Assembly: GCA_009694725.1 (NCBI GenBank)
Contig: SICV01000001.1
Span: forward strand, 1-63,218
Source of the DNA: Candidatus Pacearchaeota archaeon
GTDB lineage: Archaea; Nanobdellota; Nanobdellia; Pacearchaeales; GW2011-AR1
Length of the DNA: 63,218 nucleotides
Direction: 5' to 3'
The translations under genes were made by a program, and so were the position numbers. The notes beneath the pieces were generated by a model, which saw only the letters and a list, made by a program, of their open reading frames with translations, was not told the DNA's origin and did not search any database. Shown one piece after another: positions 45,007 through 55,851 of the stretch (positions are counted from its first letter, which is position 1; each line of letters starts with the position of its first letter).

Positions 45007-45870
45007 ATGAAGAGCATTGTTTTGGCAGGTGGTGCAGGTACGCGATTATGGCCCCTTTCATTAGTAACAAGTAAGCAATTACAGCCAGTCTATGATAAAC
45101 CTATGATTTATTATCCGCTTACTACTCTTATCGAAAGTGGTATACGGGATATCCTCCTTATTTCAACCCCTGTAGATACGCCTTCTTTTCAAAAATTGCT
45201 TGGTGATGGTTCTCGGTTCGGTATTCGACTTTCTTATTGTGTTCAACAAAAACCAGAAGGTCTTGCTCAAGCATTTACTTTGGGGGATCGATTTATTGGA
45301 CAGGACAATGTTTGTTTAATTTTAGGCGATAATCTCTTTTCAGGTTTTACTGAAATTCCTTCTGCTTGTCAACGATTTACATCCGGTGGAACTGTTTTTG
45401 GGTATGAAGTAAGCAATCCTCAGCGCTACGCTGTAGTCAACTTTGATCCTGCAGGTAAACCTCTGGAGATTATTGAGAAACCAACACACCCCAAAAGTAA
45501 TTATGCTGTGCCTGGAATCTATTTTTTTGATTCTGATGTTGTTCCTATTGCTCGAGCGCAAGTCCCTTCCGCTCGAGGAGAACTTGAAATTACGGGAGTT
45601 ATGAATGAGTATTTAAGACGAGGAACACTGCAGGTTTTGAAAGTGGGGCGAGGGGCTGCCTGGCTCGATTCGGGCACTACGAGTAGTTTACAAGAAGCAT
45701 CCGCCTATGTTCAAACAATTGAACAGAGACAGGGTATCAAAATTGGATGCCCTGAAGAAGCCGCACTGAAACAAGGATTTTTGACGCCTATACAACTTAA
45801 GAGGCAATTTGATGACGGCACTATTCCTTCTTGCGAATATCGATCCTATCTTGAACGATTAGTTGCGTAA
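45007..45870 (+). CDS. rfbA: Glucose-1-phosphate thymidylyltransferase
   Basis: LAGGAGTRL, SKQLQPVYDKPMIYYP, LGDN, SARGELEIT, WLDSGT. Confidence 0.96.
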   Translation: MKSIVLAGGAGTRLWPLSLVTSKQLQPVYDKPMIYYPLTTLIESGIRDILLISTPVDTPSFQKLLGDGSRFGIRLSYCVQQKPEGLAQAFTLGDRFIGQDNVCLILGDNLFSGFTEIPSACQRFTSGGTVFGYEVSNPQRYAVVNFDPAGKPLEIIEKPTHPKSNYAVPGIYFFDSDVVPIARAQVPSARGELEITGVMNEYLRRGTLQVLKVGRGAAWLDSGTTSSLQEASAYVQTIEQRQGIKIGCPEEAALKQGFLTPIQLKRQFDDGTIPSCEYRSYLERLVA

Positions 45871-46671
45871 GGCAATCGTTTCTTGAAGGGCGAGTTTCCA
45901 ATTTCTTAGTTTTATTTTTGTTGAGCTGAGAACCTCACTTCGTGATCTGTGCGGACCATTGAGTTCATCTTCAATAATTGATTTTGCACGAATAGGTGAC
46001 TTACTTTTGAGAAGTCGTACGAGTTCGGTACAGAATTCCAATGCTGAAGCGCCCCCGTTATTTGCTATGTGATAGATGCCCTCTTTTTCTGCAGTAATCA
46101 CCTCTTTTAATGTTGATTGAAAATCGGATACAGATGTGAAAGAACCTGTTTGATCTTCCGTTGCATTAATCTCCTTTCCTTGCAGGGCAGCATCAATCAC
46201 ATTGTTGAAGAAATTTCTTTTGTGAGTGAATCCAAAGAGCCAACCCGTTCTTACGACTATTCCTTTTTCATAGCTTGTGACTATTTTTTCTGCGAGATAT
46301 TTAGTAAGCCCGTACGTATTTCGTGGTGAAGGAATAGCATTTTCATCAAACAGCGTGCCCTTTGGTCCATTAAAGACGGTTCCTGAAGAAATCAGGATTA
46401 CTGGAATATGCTCTTCTGTTGCTATCTTTTGGACGTTTGCCATACCTTCCACATTAATTTTTGCTGCTTGAAGCGGGTCTTTCTCACAATCGCGTAAATT
46501 GAGAGACGCAAGATTGAGGATTGCAGTGGGATGATATTTTTTTACTGCTGCACGAACTGACTTTTCTTCAAGTATGTTTACTTCCTCATGAGATACCTTT
46601 ATTCCAAAGTCTAACTCTTTACCAATGGCGCCTTCCCCTCCCAGTATCAAAACTTTTTGTAGATTAGCCAT
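45859..46671 (-). CDS. rfbD: dTDP-4-dehydrorhamnose reductase-like SDR
   Basis: LILGGEGAIG, YGLTK, RTGWLFG, DQTGS, GIYH. Confidence 0.8.
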   Translation of the reverse strand: MANLQKVLILGGEGAIGKELDFGIKVSHEEVNILEEKSVRAAVKKYHPTAILNLASLNLRDCEKDPLQAAKINVEGMANVQKIATEEHIPVILISSGTVFNGPKGTLFDENAIPSPRNTYGLTKYLAEKIVTSYEKGIVVRTGWLFGFTHKRNFFNNVIDAALQGKEINATEDQTGSFTSVSDFQSTLKEVITAEKEGIYHIANNGGASALEFCTELVRLLKSKSPIRAKSIIEDELNGPHRSRSEVLSSTKIKLRNWKLALQETIALRN

Positions 46672-47899
46672 GCTCAATAACTTCTAATTTTGGAAACGGA
46701 ACAATCATTCTGAAAGATGCATATTTTTCTTTTAGACGCCTGAGATAATCTTCTTTATAATTCCAGGAAAGTAACAGGAATGTTCTTTTTTCTGTGTTGC
46801 TCCCAATGCTTTCAAATGATTGTACAGGAATATGTACCCCGGGTGTGACTCGCCCTTGTTTAAGAGAGGTGTCATCTACAATAAATGCTATGTCTTCTTT
46901 CCCTATTTGACAATAATTGAGGATAACTACTCCTCGCGCGGGAGCACCCAAGCCAATCAGTTTTCCCCCTCGTTTCTTTTCTTCATTAATCAGATTTCTT
47001 AAGTGTATTTTAAACTCTGCTACCTTTTTTTCTACCAAAAGGTAGGTCTCGGGTTTATCAAACCCGATCTTCTTTTCTTCTTCTAAAAGTGAAAGAACCC
47101 GGGATGAAACTTCTGAAGCATATTCTTCCTTCATCGCGCAGATACGCAATGAGCCCCCTTGTGTAGCTATTCGTTCAACGTCGATTACTTTCATCCCGGC
47201 CATTCTAAAGAGGGCAATTAATGAATGAAGGGAAAAGGTATAGACATGTTCATGATAAATGGTATCAAATTCTCCTCGAAGAATTGTTTCAAGGGCATAG
47301 ACTCCCTCCATTATTAAAAGGCATTTATCATTCATAAGGATACGGGCACCTTTGAGGAGATCGATATTATCTGGAGTGTGTGGAATAACATTCAAGCCGA
47401 TAATAAAGTCAAATTTACCCCTCTCTTTTACTATTTGAGAGGCTGTTGACGTATTAAAAAACTCGGGGATATAGGGTACTCCCTTTTCTTTGTTAAGAGA
47501 AATGAGATTTTTTGCCGGGTCGACTCCTAGAATATTCAAGGTATATTGTTTGAAGAAAGATAAGAGCGTTCCATCATTTGACCCAATTTCTAATACTCTC
47601 TTTTCTCCTGAGATCGCGTGTTTTTTCGCAAGATGAGCTGCTACTTCTTTTAAATGAGAGATATTTTGTTGGGATCCCGCTGAAAGGTGGAGATACTGTC
47701 TAAATAATGTTTCAGGAGGGACTATTTCTTCAAGCTGAACTAAGAAACACTGTGGGCAGTAGGCTAAATTAAGTGGATATTTTACTTCTTGAGCTATTTC
47801 GGCAGGAAGGATAAATGCGTTGACAGGGGGAATGTCCCCTAATGTGAGAAAAGAGACTATTTTTTCAAACCCGCATCCTGCACATTTAAGATATACCAT
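46664..47899 (-). CDS. NDP-hexose C-methyltransferase
   Basis: N-terminal CxxC...CxxC.LVQL, EIGSNDG, FDTIYHEH, GGSLR, GAPARG, LSWNY. Confidence 0.88.
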   Translation of the reverse strand: MVYLKCAGCGFEKIVSFLTLGDIPPVNAFILPAEIAQEVKYPLNLAYCPQCFLVQLEEIVPPETLFRQYLHLSAGSQQNISHLKEVAAHLAKKHAISGEKRVLEIGSNDGTLLSFFKQYTLNILGVDPAKNLISLNKEKGVPYIPEFFNTSTASQIVKERGKFDFIIGLNVIPHTPDNIDLLKGARILMNDKCLLIMEGVYALETILRGEFDTIYHEHVYTFSLHSLIALFRMAGMKVIDVERIATQGGSLRICAMKEEYASEVSSRVLSLLEEEKKIGFDKPETYLLVEKKVAEFKIHLRNLINEEKKRGGKLIGLGAPARGVVILNYCQIGKEDIAFIVDDTSLKQGRVTPGVHIPVQSFESIGSNTEKRTFLLLSWNYKEDYLRRLKEKYASFRMIVPFPKLEVIEHG

Positions 47900-47911
47900 A
47901 TTCTTATCGCA

Positions 47912-48682
47912 TTACCTCCGCTTAAAGAGCTTCGTATAGATGCCCAGTTTTGCAGCCACAAATGCGCCTAATACTTTAAACGTTCGAATAGCATACCAAG
48001 CAGCCCCTTTCAGTGAGTGAGAGGTATGCTCTGCTTTATAGTCTGCCTCAACAGGAACTTCTTTCACGGTAAATCCGTAATATGCTGCTTGGGCAATTAT
48101 TTCAAAACTAAACAGATAATCGTTTGTATTATCTGCGATGGGGGCAGTTTCTAAGAGGCGACGACCGTATATTCTAAATCCGGTGTGAAATTCAGTCAAA
48201 GGTAATCCGAGTACTGCCCGGTCAAAGAAACTTAAGCCCCTATTGGCGAGGAACCGAATAAGCGACATCCCATTCTCTCGTGCTTTACCCGGAACAGTAA
48301 ATCGTGATCCTAGGATGAGTTGCGCTTTCCCTTCTTGCATGAAAGGTAATGCATATTTAATAGAAATAGGGTTGAATTGTGCTCCATCCCCATGAATTTC
48401 AACGATATAGTCCGCGCCCATCTTCAAGGCTTGTTGAATACCTGCTTTGAGATTTCCCCCGTACCCTCGATTAGGCACATGCCTAAATGCTTTAATTCCT
48501 AATTTTTTTGCAACTTCATATGTCCCATCTTTTGAACCGTCATCCATCAGAATAAGGTCATCGAGAAGTTTATGTGGAATACGTTCCATTGCGCGAGGAA
48601 GCATCGATGCTACGTTATAGGCTAAAATAACTCCGATTATCTTTGGTTTCTTTGTAACAGAAAGAGTCTTCTTCTGAGGCAT
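47912..48682 (-). CDS. GT2 glycosyltransferase
   Basis: AYN, DDGSKD, NRGYGGN, HGDG, EFHTGFR. Confidence 0.9.
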   Translation of the reverse strand: MPQKKTLSVTKKPKIIGVILAYNVASMLPRAMERIPHKLLDDLILMDDGSKDGTYEVAKKLGIKAFRHVPNRGYGGNLKAGIQQALKMGADYIVEIHGDGAQFNPISIKYALPFMQEGKAQLILGSRFTVPGKARENGMSLIRFLANRGLSFFDRAVLGLPLTEFHTGFRIYGRRLLETAPIADNTNDYLFSFEIIAQAAYYGFTVKEVPVEADYKAEHTSHSLKGAAWYAIRTFKVLGAFVAAKLGIYTKLFKRR

Positions 48683-48747
48683 CTCTTTCTAGACAAAAAG
48701 GGATTTATAAAGTTACATAGTCCAGAGAAGAATCGTTATTGTATGCT

Positions 48748-49800
48748 TTATTTATTATTCCATCGCGGAGTTGACGCTAAACTATATTGCATCACCGGTT
48801 CTTTAATGATTTTTTTCATCACTTCTAAATTGTAATATTTCATATCGTCCATATTGGGCAATTCCCCTTTAGTGAATGCTTCTTGAATTTCTTTCACCCC
48901 ATATGCAACATCATAGAGCGCTTTGAAGTTACAAATTCTTTCAAATTTTTTAAAGCTCACCAGATAGGAACGATTATCTCTATTTCCTTCTAAACGTTCA
49001 ATAGGGGCATTAGGAAAGATTTTTTGCATAAGAACAACTAAGTCTTTAATCATGAAGTTGAGATCACTATTCCCCACATTGAAAATCTGTTTATTCACAA
49101 TACACGGGTCTTCACCCATCACCGTCATAATCGCTCTACTTGCATCTTTTACGTGAAGAAAGGGTCGATATTGTACCCCGTCTCCATTCAGAATGATACT
49201 TTTTCCTTGGAGGGCCCTTTTTGTCATGACGTTAACGGCTAGATCAAATCTCATACGAGGGGAATACCCGAATAACGTTGCAAATCTCAGAGCCGTGACT
49301 GAAAATTTTGAATCAGCAAGCGGAAGGAGTTCATTCTCACATTGTAACTTTGAGAGAGCATAGAGTGTAACGGGGCCCACTTCCGATTGCTCATCGAGAT
49401 GATGTGCCCCACTTGCCCCATAGACACTACAGGAAGAAATGAAAATAAATTTCTTTACTCCTTCAGCCTTTGCTCTTCGTGCGAGAGAAAGTGTCGCCAA
49501 AAAATTTGTCTGAATGGTTAAATTAGGATCTAAATCTCCTGAAGGATCATTGGATAAACCAGCAAGATGAATGACTGTTTCAACATCTTTGAAAAGAGAA
49601 GGGATATTTTCATGATGCGATACATCCATTTCAATGAGTGAAAATTGGGGATTTGAGAGATATTTCTCTAAGTGTTCTTTCCCGAAATACAAGCTATCGA
49701 CTACCGTGACTTTCTTACCTGCCTCAAGGAGTAACGGAACCAATATATTGCCTAAATACCCTGCTCCTCCAGTCACAATAACCCTCTCTCTCAGCGTCAT
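48748..49800 (-). CDS. NAD-dependent epimerase/dehydratase
   Basis: TGGAGYLG, SSCSVYG, YALSK, SPRMRFDL. Confidence 0.92.
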   Translation of the reverse strand: MTLRERVIVTGGAGYLGNILVPLLLEAGKKVTVVDSLYFGKEHLEKYLSNPQFSLIEMDVSHHENIPSLFKDVETVIHLAGLSNDPSGDLDPNLTIQTNFLATLSLARRAKAEGVKKFIFISSCSVYGASGAHHLDEQSEVGPVTLYALSKLQCENELLPLADSKFSVTALRFATLFGYSPRMRFDLAVNVMTKRALQGKSIILNGDGVQYRPFLHVKDASRAIMTVMGEDPCIVNKQIFNVGNSDLNFMIKDLVVLMQKIFPNAPIERLEGNRDNRSYLVSFKKFERICNFKALYDVAYGVKEIQEAFTKGELPNMDDMKYYNLEVMKKIIKEPVMQYSLASTPRWNNK

Positions 49801-49822
49801 ACTTTTGCCTGCAAGAGTTTAT

Positions 49823-51664
49823 TTATAAATCCTCTGCTCGATTGTTCCATGTTTCAGTCATAACCACCAGATAGAGTGTATAGAGTGGCGCAAGGAAAGC
49901 AAGCACAATACTTACATAGAGAACCAGATACGCTAGAGGATTGAGCAGGCTTGCAACTAATCCAGAAGTGGTATATGAGTCGATCTGAGCCCCTTCATTA
50001 CGAGTACGAGGGATATCATAAAAGAACCAATTGTGTGTTTGATCGATGCTTTGCAGAATTTGAGGGTTGAGAGGAATAGAAACCTCATAGACCCGATATT
50101 GGACTAACGATGAGTCTTCATACCCATCAGCATTATCTTTTGATCCTCCTCCATAGATACTCCACTGACTTGTCGCTGCTGTTTTAAAAGAGGCTGCTAA
50201 GGCCTCCATTGATTCGTTTAATGCTGGTTGGTCTTTAATTGTCCCCCACCCACAATCGTCCACGGCACATTCAATAAAGAAAGTTCTCACAGGTGTTGAA
50301 GCTTTATTTTTTTGAGCATAGTCCATGACTTGTCCAAAACTACCTGCGTCCAGATAATGTTTATCGTTAAACATCCAGACTGAAAGTCCTCGATAAATAC
50401 GGCTATCCGTTATGACCAGGTCTGCGCTTGTTATTTTATCGTTTGCAAACTCGCGTAATTGCGCTGTTGCACTTTGGTGGGCAAAGACCGGACCGATTAT
50501 GCTGAGGTTTACAATAATGAGTATCATAAAGACAACAAACGCTATTTTTTTAAAGAGGGCGCTTGAGCTCGTATGTATCTTTTCAAAAAAGCTCCCAGCA
50601 ATAATGGCAAAAAGAGCGGTAAAATAGGTATAATGTGTGTCAAGCACAATGGTTGCTGCGATGAATAGAAGTGGAAATACGATCAGTGTCAGGAGGAATG
50701 ACTTCTCAAAGCGAAATTGGTTCTCTTTTTTAAGAGAGCGAAGGAAGAACATAAGCCCCAGCCCAAATAGTATTAGAGAGAGAGGATCTTGTTTAGCAAA
50801 ATACTCGACAAACACATCTTTCAGATTTTTAGGGAGTTTTTCGAGCATGAATCCATCCCCATGCGCTAGTCCAGGACCTTGGTATACTTCGATGTTTATT
50901 CCTAAGTACATAGCAAAGGGAAGATCAACAATCCCCTTTGATTCATAGAGAAAGTAATTGTATGCAAACAGAGGGACCAAACAAAGGCCGATTACTCCGA
51001 AGAAATAGAGCATATTTCTGAAACTCTTGTTATAGAGTGCGGGATCTTTTCTATTGCGGTATACGGTTATCAGTAAAAATATACTAAATACGACAATAAA
51101 TACGCCTGAAATTATCTTTATCAAACAGCCAATTCCCAAGAAGAGGGCGCTGAGAGGAGTAATATATTTTTTATCTCGGTAGTCTTTCAAAAAGAAATAG
51201 GAAGCAAGAAGAACAAAGAAAAGAAGAGATTGATCCATATATATTCGTGACCAATAAAGCTGATAGGGTGAAAAAGCAAATAACGCTGCAGCTAGAAGAC
51301 TTGTTCGTGCACTGAAAAAGAGCCTACTGAGTAGAAAGACCAACACAATTGAAAATGTACCAAATACAATTGCACATAACCTCCCCGACCAAAGGGTTAC
51401 TCCAAACACAGCATAGGAGAAGTCTGTTAAATAGAACCAAAGCGGGCCCTGGGTAATGGTGCTTAAGGGGCCTAATGAGGCAATGCCGATAGCGTGTGAG
51501 CCGTGTACCATTTCATCTGCAACAGGCGCATTATGTGCTGCGATGATCATTCGGAATATGAAGCCACAAAGAACAAGGAGGAAGAGCCATTTTGCTTCAT
51601 TTTTTGAGAATAAAATGGTGACGAATTTTTCAATTATTCCCTTTTGCTCTTTCTGTGGGGGCAT
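49823..51664 (-). CDS. GT-C fold (ArnT/PMT, GT39-like) membrane glycosyltransferase
   Basis: ADE motif in the first loop, many TMs, C-terminal external domain with CAVDDCGWG. Confidence 0.8.
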   Translation of the reverse strand: MPPQKEQKGIIEKFVTILFSKNEAKWLFLLVLCGFIFRMIIAAHNAPVADEMVHGSHAIGIASLGPLSTITQGPLWFYLTDFSYAVFGVTLWSGRLCAIVFGTFSIVLVFLLSRLFFSARTSLLAAALFAFSPYQLYWSRIYMDQSLLFFVLLASYFFLKDYRDKKYITPLSALFLGIGCLIKIISGVFIVVFSIFLLITVYRNRKDPALYNKSFRNMLYFFGVIGLCLVPLFAYNYFLYESKGIVDLPFAMYLGINIEVYQGPGLAHGDGFMLEKLPKNLKDVFVEYFAKQDPLSLILFGLGLMFFLRSLKKENQFRFEKSFLLTLIVFPLLFIAATIVLDTHYTYFTALFAIIAGSFFEKIHTSSSALFKKIAFVVFMILIIVNLSIIGPVFAHQSATAQLREFANDKITSADLVITDSRIYRGLSVWMFNDKHYLDAGSFGQVMDYAQKNKASTPVRTFFIECAVDDCGWGTIKDQPALNESMEALAASFKTAATSQWSIYGGGSKDNADGYEDSSLVQYRVYEVSIPLNPQILQSIDQTHNWFFYDIPRTRNEGAQIDSYTTSGLVASLLNPLAYLVLYVSIVLAFLAPLYTLYLVVMTETWNNRAEDL

Positions 51665-51705
51665 AGTGGTAAAGGAAATTAGACATTTATAACCTTATGT
51701 TTTAT

Positions 51706-52245
51706 TTATCCCTTTATTGCCTCCATTTCTATATGACATGCACCGATATGCTTTGGCATTAATTTGTAGAGCATTATCTTTAACGTATTACTCCCACCAT
51801 AAAAATAGTTGAATTTGTGTTGTTTAAATTTTCTAAATAAATATTGTAAGTGACTTGCGACAAATAAATGATAATGGTGATCCTCAACATCTCCCTCTTT
51901 TTGAGTATGCCCAAAGGGATCTTGATTTGTAAATAGCTTTTCATATGCTTTGTTATGTTCATGCTTCTTTGCTAAGTGAAGTAGTACAAATCCTGCGTAA
52001 TCTGTTCTAATCCATATTTTTCCACCTTTTTTAAGAATTCTATAACATTCATCTGTAAAAGTCCCCAAGTTTTTGATATGCTCAAGAACTGATTTGCAAT
52101 AAATTTCATCAAAATAATTAGAGGGATAAGGTAACTTTTTGTCAAGATCTCCAACTTCTGTCGTGGCGAGAGTTTTGAATACGTCTATTCTATGGGTGCC
52201 ATACTGATCATTCCCACATCCTACATTTAAAATTTTCTTTCCCAT
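51706..52245 (-). CDS. SAM-dependent methyltransferase (type 11-like)
   Basis: LNVGCG, LPYPSNYFD, VLEH, RILKKGG. Confidence 0.85.
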   Translation of the reverse strand: MGKKILNVGCGNDQYGTHRIDVFKTLATTEVGDLDKKLPYPSNYFDEIYCKSVLEHIKNLGTFTDECYRILKKGGKIWIRTDYAGFVLLHLAKKHEHNKAYEKLFTNQDPFGHTQKEGDVEDHHYHLFVASHLQYLFRKFKQHKFNYFYGGSNTLKIMLYKLMPKHIGACHIEMEAIKG

Positions 52246-52307
52246 CGTTAATATATGCACAATTATGCAGACTTCCTATAAAAAGATATCTGCTTTACTA
52301 TACATAG

Positions 52308-52523
52308 ATGGCTCGTAAGTCAATAATTGAAGTTATTAAAGAAGTGAAACATCTTTTAGAGATGGAGGGCACTTTATCTACGCGCCAAATTTCGATTAAA
52401 ACTCATTCTCAATGGAGAACGGTACACAAAGCATTAGAAGTACTTACCTTTTTGGAAATAATCCAGAAACAAAAAGGTAGTAAAACTGAGAGAATGGAAA
52501 CGAGTTACTCGATAAAGGACTAA
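52308..52523 (+). CDS. Small winged-helix-like protein
   Basis: LSTRQISIKTHSQWRTVHKALEVL HTH-like pattern. Confidence 0.6.
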   Translation: MARKSIIEVIKEVKHLLEMEGTLSTRQISIKTHSQWRTVHKALEVLTFLEIIQKQKGSKTERMETSYSIKD

Positions 52524-52554
52524 CTTATTTAAAGGGCCCTTTCAGTTTTAGATA

Positions 52555-53082
52555 ATGGCTTGGCTTTCCCCTGAAGAGCATACGTTTATTGAAGAATCTG
52601 TTGCTTTATTGTGTGTTGAAATCCTGATTGTTGATAGCTTAGAACATCCTTCCAAAGTCCTGTTAGTTAAACGTGCAGAAGAACCTGCGCTTGGACAATG
52701 GTTCCAACCGGGTGGAATGATACGGAAAAATGAACCTGCTCGTGTTGCGGCACTACGGAAGGCAAAAGAAGAACTAGGGGTTGAGGTAACTCTCGGCCCA
52801 TTCATTGGTGCCTATCGCAGTTTTTTTATGCCTGGCCATCGCAATAACCCTTCTGGAACAGATGCCTGCAGTTTGGTCTTTATGGGCACGGTTTCACCTT
52901 CTGCTTCTTCTCAAGTTGATGCCACAAGCTCTGCCTGCGCCTGGAAACAATTCTCTGACCCTGAAATTGCCTCATTTCCCAAGCGGTTCATAGTTGACTC
53001 AGGTTTATTCCCGTCCTTGGCACCTTCATCTCCAGCCCATATGGCTCAGGAAGGGCTACTGTTGCTTGAAAAAATTATATAA
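52555..53082 (+). CDS. NUDIX hydrolase (GDP-mannose mannosyl hydrolase-like)
   Basis: LLVKR..EPA.GQWF.PGG.IRKNE....ALRKAKEELG. Confidence 0.85.
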   Translation: MAWLSPEEHTFIEESVALLCVEILIVDSLEHPSKVLLVKRAEEPALGQWFQPGGMIRKNEPARVAALRKAKEELGVEVTLGPFIGAYRSFFMPGHRNNPSGTDACSLVFMGTVSPSASSQVDATSSACAWKQFSDPEIASFPKRFIVDSGLFPSLAPSSPAHMAQEGLLLLEKII

Positions 53083-53153
53083 CCTCACTTTAGTTAAGAA
53101 TTATTTTTTTTCCCTATACGAATGTTTATAAATTATAGGGTGAGCAGACACTT

Positions 53154-54134
53154 ATGGATTCAAAGATAGCGGCCCCTCAGAAAAAAGTTGCAGTAACCGG
53201 TGCGGGAGGATTTATAGGCCATCACTTAGTAAATGCTCTTAAAAAGAAAGGCCATTGGGTTCGAGGAATTGATATAAAAAACCCAGAATTTACTAAAAGT
53301 GAAGCGGATGAATTTTGGTTTGCAGACCTCAGAAATAAGGATATGGCATTAAAACTTTTAACCGAGATGGATGAAGTTTATGCTCTGGCAGCGGATGTGG
53401 GGGGAGTTGGTCATCTTTCTCGTTGGAATTACGAAATAATTAAAAATAATTTAGAAATAGATACAAATACTATTGAAGCCGTTCTAAAAAGTAAGGGGAA
53501 AAAAATCCTTTATACTAGCTCTGCCTGTGTTTACCCATTATACAAACAAAAAACAAATAATCCTCTTCCTTTGAAGGAAGAAGATGCTATGCCTGCTGAT
53601 CCTGAAGGCGCATATGGTTGGGAAAAGTTAACCGCTGAACAGATTTTGGAACATGCTTCGAGAGACCACGGTCTACAAATTAGAATTGCTCGATTTCAAA
53701 ATGTCTATGGTCCTGAAGAAACATTTGAAGGCGGTCGTGAGAAAGTTGTGGGGGCGCTTTGTAGAAAAATTGCAATAGCAAAGGAAGGAGAAAGTATTGA
53801 AGTCTGGGGGGATGGTCTACAAAAAAGAAGTTTTTGCTATGTAGACGATTGTGTTATCTCTTTAATAGAATTAATGGAAAGTTCTTATTCTAAACCATTA
53901 AACGTAAGTATTGATAAAACAATTACTATTAATAATCTTACAAAACTTATAATCAAATCTTCAGGTAAAAAATTAAAAATTAAAAATATCTCTGGGCCTG
54001 AAGGAGTCAGGGGAAGAATGCCAGACGTTAGCATGAGAAAAAAGGTATTAAAATATATACCTAAAACTTCAATTCAAAAAGGATTAAATAATGTTTATCT
54101 ATGGGTTGAATCTGAAATAAACCGTGGAAAATAA
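53154..54134 (+). CDS. NAD-dependent epimerase, GDP-mannose 3,5-epimerase-like
   Basis: TGAGGFIG, LAADVGG, SSACVYP, AYGWEK, GGREK...CRK, WGDG.QKRSF, GPEGVRGR. Confidence 0.85.
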   Translation: MDSKIAAPQKKVAVTGAGGFIGHHLVNALKKKGHWVRGIDIKNPEFTKSEADEFWFADLRNKDMALKLLTEMDEVYALAADVGGVGHLSRWNYEIIKNNLEIDTNTIEAVLKSKGKKILYTSSACVYPLYKQKTNNPLPLKEEDAMPADPEGAYGWEKLTAEQILEHASRDHGLQIRIARFQNVYGPEETFEGGREKVVGALCRKIAIAKEGESIEVWGDGLQKRSFCYVDDCVISLIELMESSYSKPLNVSIDKTITINNLTKLIIKSSGKKLKIKNISGPEGVRGRMPDVSMRKKVLKYIPKTSIQKGLNNVYLWVESEINRGK

Positions 54135-55782
54135 AATGAACTCTTTAAAAGATAAAAAAATAATCTTTGCCACTTGGTCTTCAAATAACAAATATTGGCA
54201 TGCCCATCAAATGTGGGATGGTCCTTTGCGAAAATTATTTGGAAAGGTCGTTACTTTTGATCCACAAGAACAAATAAACAATTTCGGCAAAGAACAAATG
54301 AATGCTAATTTTTTGGCGACTTTAAAAAGGGAACAACCGGATTATGTTTTCATGTGGATTATGTTTGAAGAATTCAATATTGAAACTCTTTTTGAAATGA
54401 GAAAATTGTGCCCTAAAACTAAATTTATTGGCTTCTGTGGGGATGATGATATAAAGTTTGAAGATCACACTTTACACCTTATTCCTTTTTTTGATTATTT
54501 TTTCCTTACTCAGCCCAATTATTTTAAAAAATATAATGGAAAGGCATATTTTATGTGTGGCGTAAATACTGATGAATTCTTTCCTTTAAAATTGGAAAAG
54601 AAATATGACCTCAGTTTTGTTGGCTCTCCAAAGGGAGATAGAGTTAAACTCTTAAGATCGCTTTTAGATAAAAAATTAAATATAAAAATTGGAGGTTCTG
54701 GATGGTCCCGGTATCCTGAATTTGAAAAGTTCTATTGCGGTAAAGTATCTTCTGCAGAATTTGTAAAATTAATAAATGAAACTAAAATTAATTTATGTCT
54801 CTCCAATAATATTTTTTCTAAACCCCATTTACTTGAAAGATTTTTTGAAGTTAATGCCTGTAATTCTTTTCAAATAACTCAATATTGTGAAGGGTATCAT
54901 AATTATTTTAGGGAGGGGAAAGAGATAGTTACATTTAAAACTCAGGAAGATTTTTTACAAAAAATAATTCTCTATCTTGCTAAAGAAAAAGAAAGGAAAT
55001 TAATTGCTGAAGCTGCATACAAAAAAACGATTAACACTTTTACAACCGATAAATTGCTTGAAAAAGCCTTTTTTAAAATAGATTTGGAAAGAAAGGAAAA
55101 TGATTTTAAAAAACAAATTGTAAATGAAAATTATGTTTACCTTTTCCCTGATGATCTTTTTCTCTCAAAAATAAAATTAAAAAATAAAATTGGTTCTGCA
55201 AAGTATGTCTTTTTTAAAGGAAATGGTTTTGAATCCCACCCCTATCGTGAAACAATACAAATTAATTCACTCAAGGAGGGCGGGAAAAATATCTCAATCT
55301 CAGATTTCTACCATAGTTCTTTTTTAATTAAAAATTATGCTTCTTTATGTAGTAGAGGTTTACTTGAGTATTATGGTCTAAAAAAATTGAATCAGTTTAT
55401 TAAATTACAACAATTAATGGTTCGTAAAGATTATCTTTTAGAGAATATTAATCATTTCAAGCTATTTTATAAAAATTCAAAGGGTCTTTCATTTGATTTT
55501 GAGAAGACTGCATTCGTTAGTATTCCCTTGTTAAGTTCTAATATTAAAGTCAAAATTCCATTAGATAACCGAGAACACTTTTACTTTGCTTTTTTCGAAC
55601 GAGATCTCCTTTGGAGAAAAAATAAAGGATTACTTTTTTTTGATTCTTATTTATATAGATTCCTCCTATTATTAATGATTGATCGAAATTGTTTTCGCTA
55701 TTTTTTCACCCAAACATTGTATAAAACGAAAATTCCCTTCTTCATGAAAATTTCTCAATTGGCAAACGCCTTCATCTTATAA
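54124..55782 (+). CDS. CgeB-like glycosyltransferase with C-terminal extension
   Basis: DLSFVGS, KINL, RFFEVNAC, YFREGKEIV; AT-rich. Confidence 0.75.
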   Translation: MENKMNSLKDKKIIFATWSSNNKYWHAHQMWDGPLRKLFGKVVTFDPQEQINNFGKEQMNANFLATLKREQPDYVFMWIMFEEFNIETLFEMRKLCPKTKFIGFCGDDDIKFEDHTLHLIPFFDYFFLTQPNYFKKYNGKAYFMCGVNTDEFFPLKLEKKYDLSFVGSPKGDRVKLLRSLLDKKLNIKIGGSGWSRYPEFEKFYCGKVSSAEFVKLINETKINLCLSNNIFSKPHLLERFFEVNACNSFQITQYCEGYHNYFREGKEIVTFKTQEDFLQKIILYLAKEKERKLIAEAAYKKTINTFTTDKLLEKAFFKIDLERKENDFKKQIVNENYVYLFPDDLFLSKIKLKNKIGSAKYVFFKGNGFESHPYRETIQINSLKEGGKNISISDFYHSSFLIKNYASLCSRGLLEYYGLKKLNQFIKLQQLMVRKDYLLENINHFKLFYKNSKGLSFDFEKTAFVSIPLLSSNIKVKIPLDNREHFYFAFFERDLLWRKNKGLLFFDSYLYRFLLLLMIDRNCFRYFFTQTLYKTKIPFFMKISQLANAFIL

Positions 55783-55851
55783 AAATATCATTCCCCTCTT
55801 CTTTTTTTTGTAAAGCCTCTATTTATAAATATGCTTCACCTTAGAAAAAGT

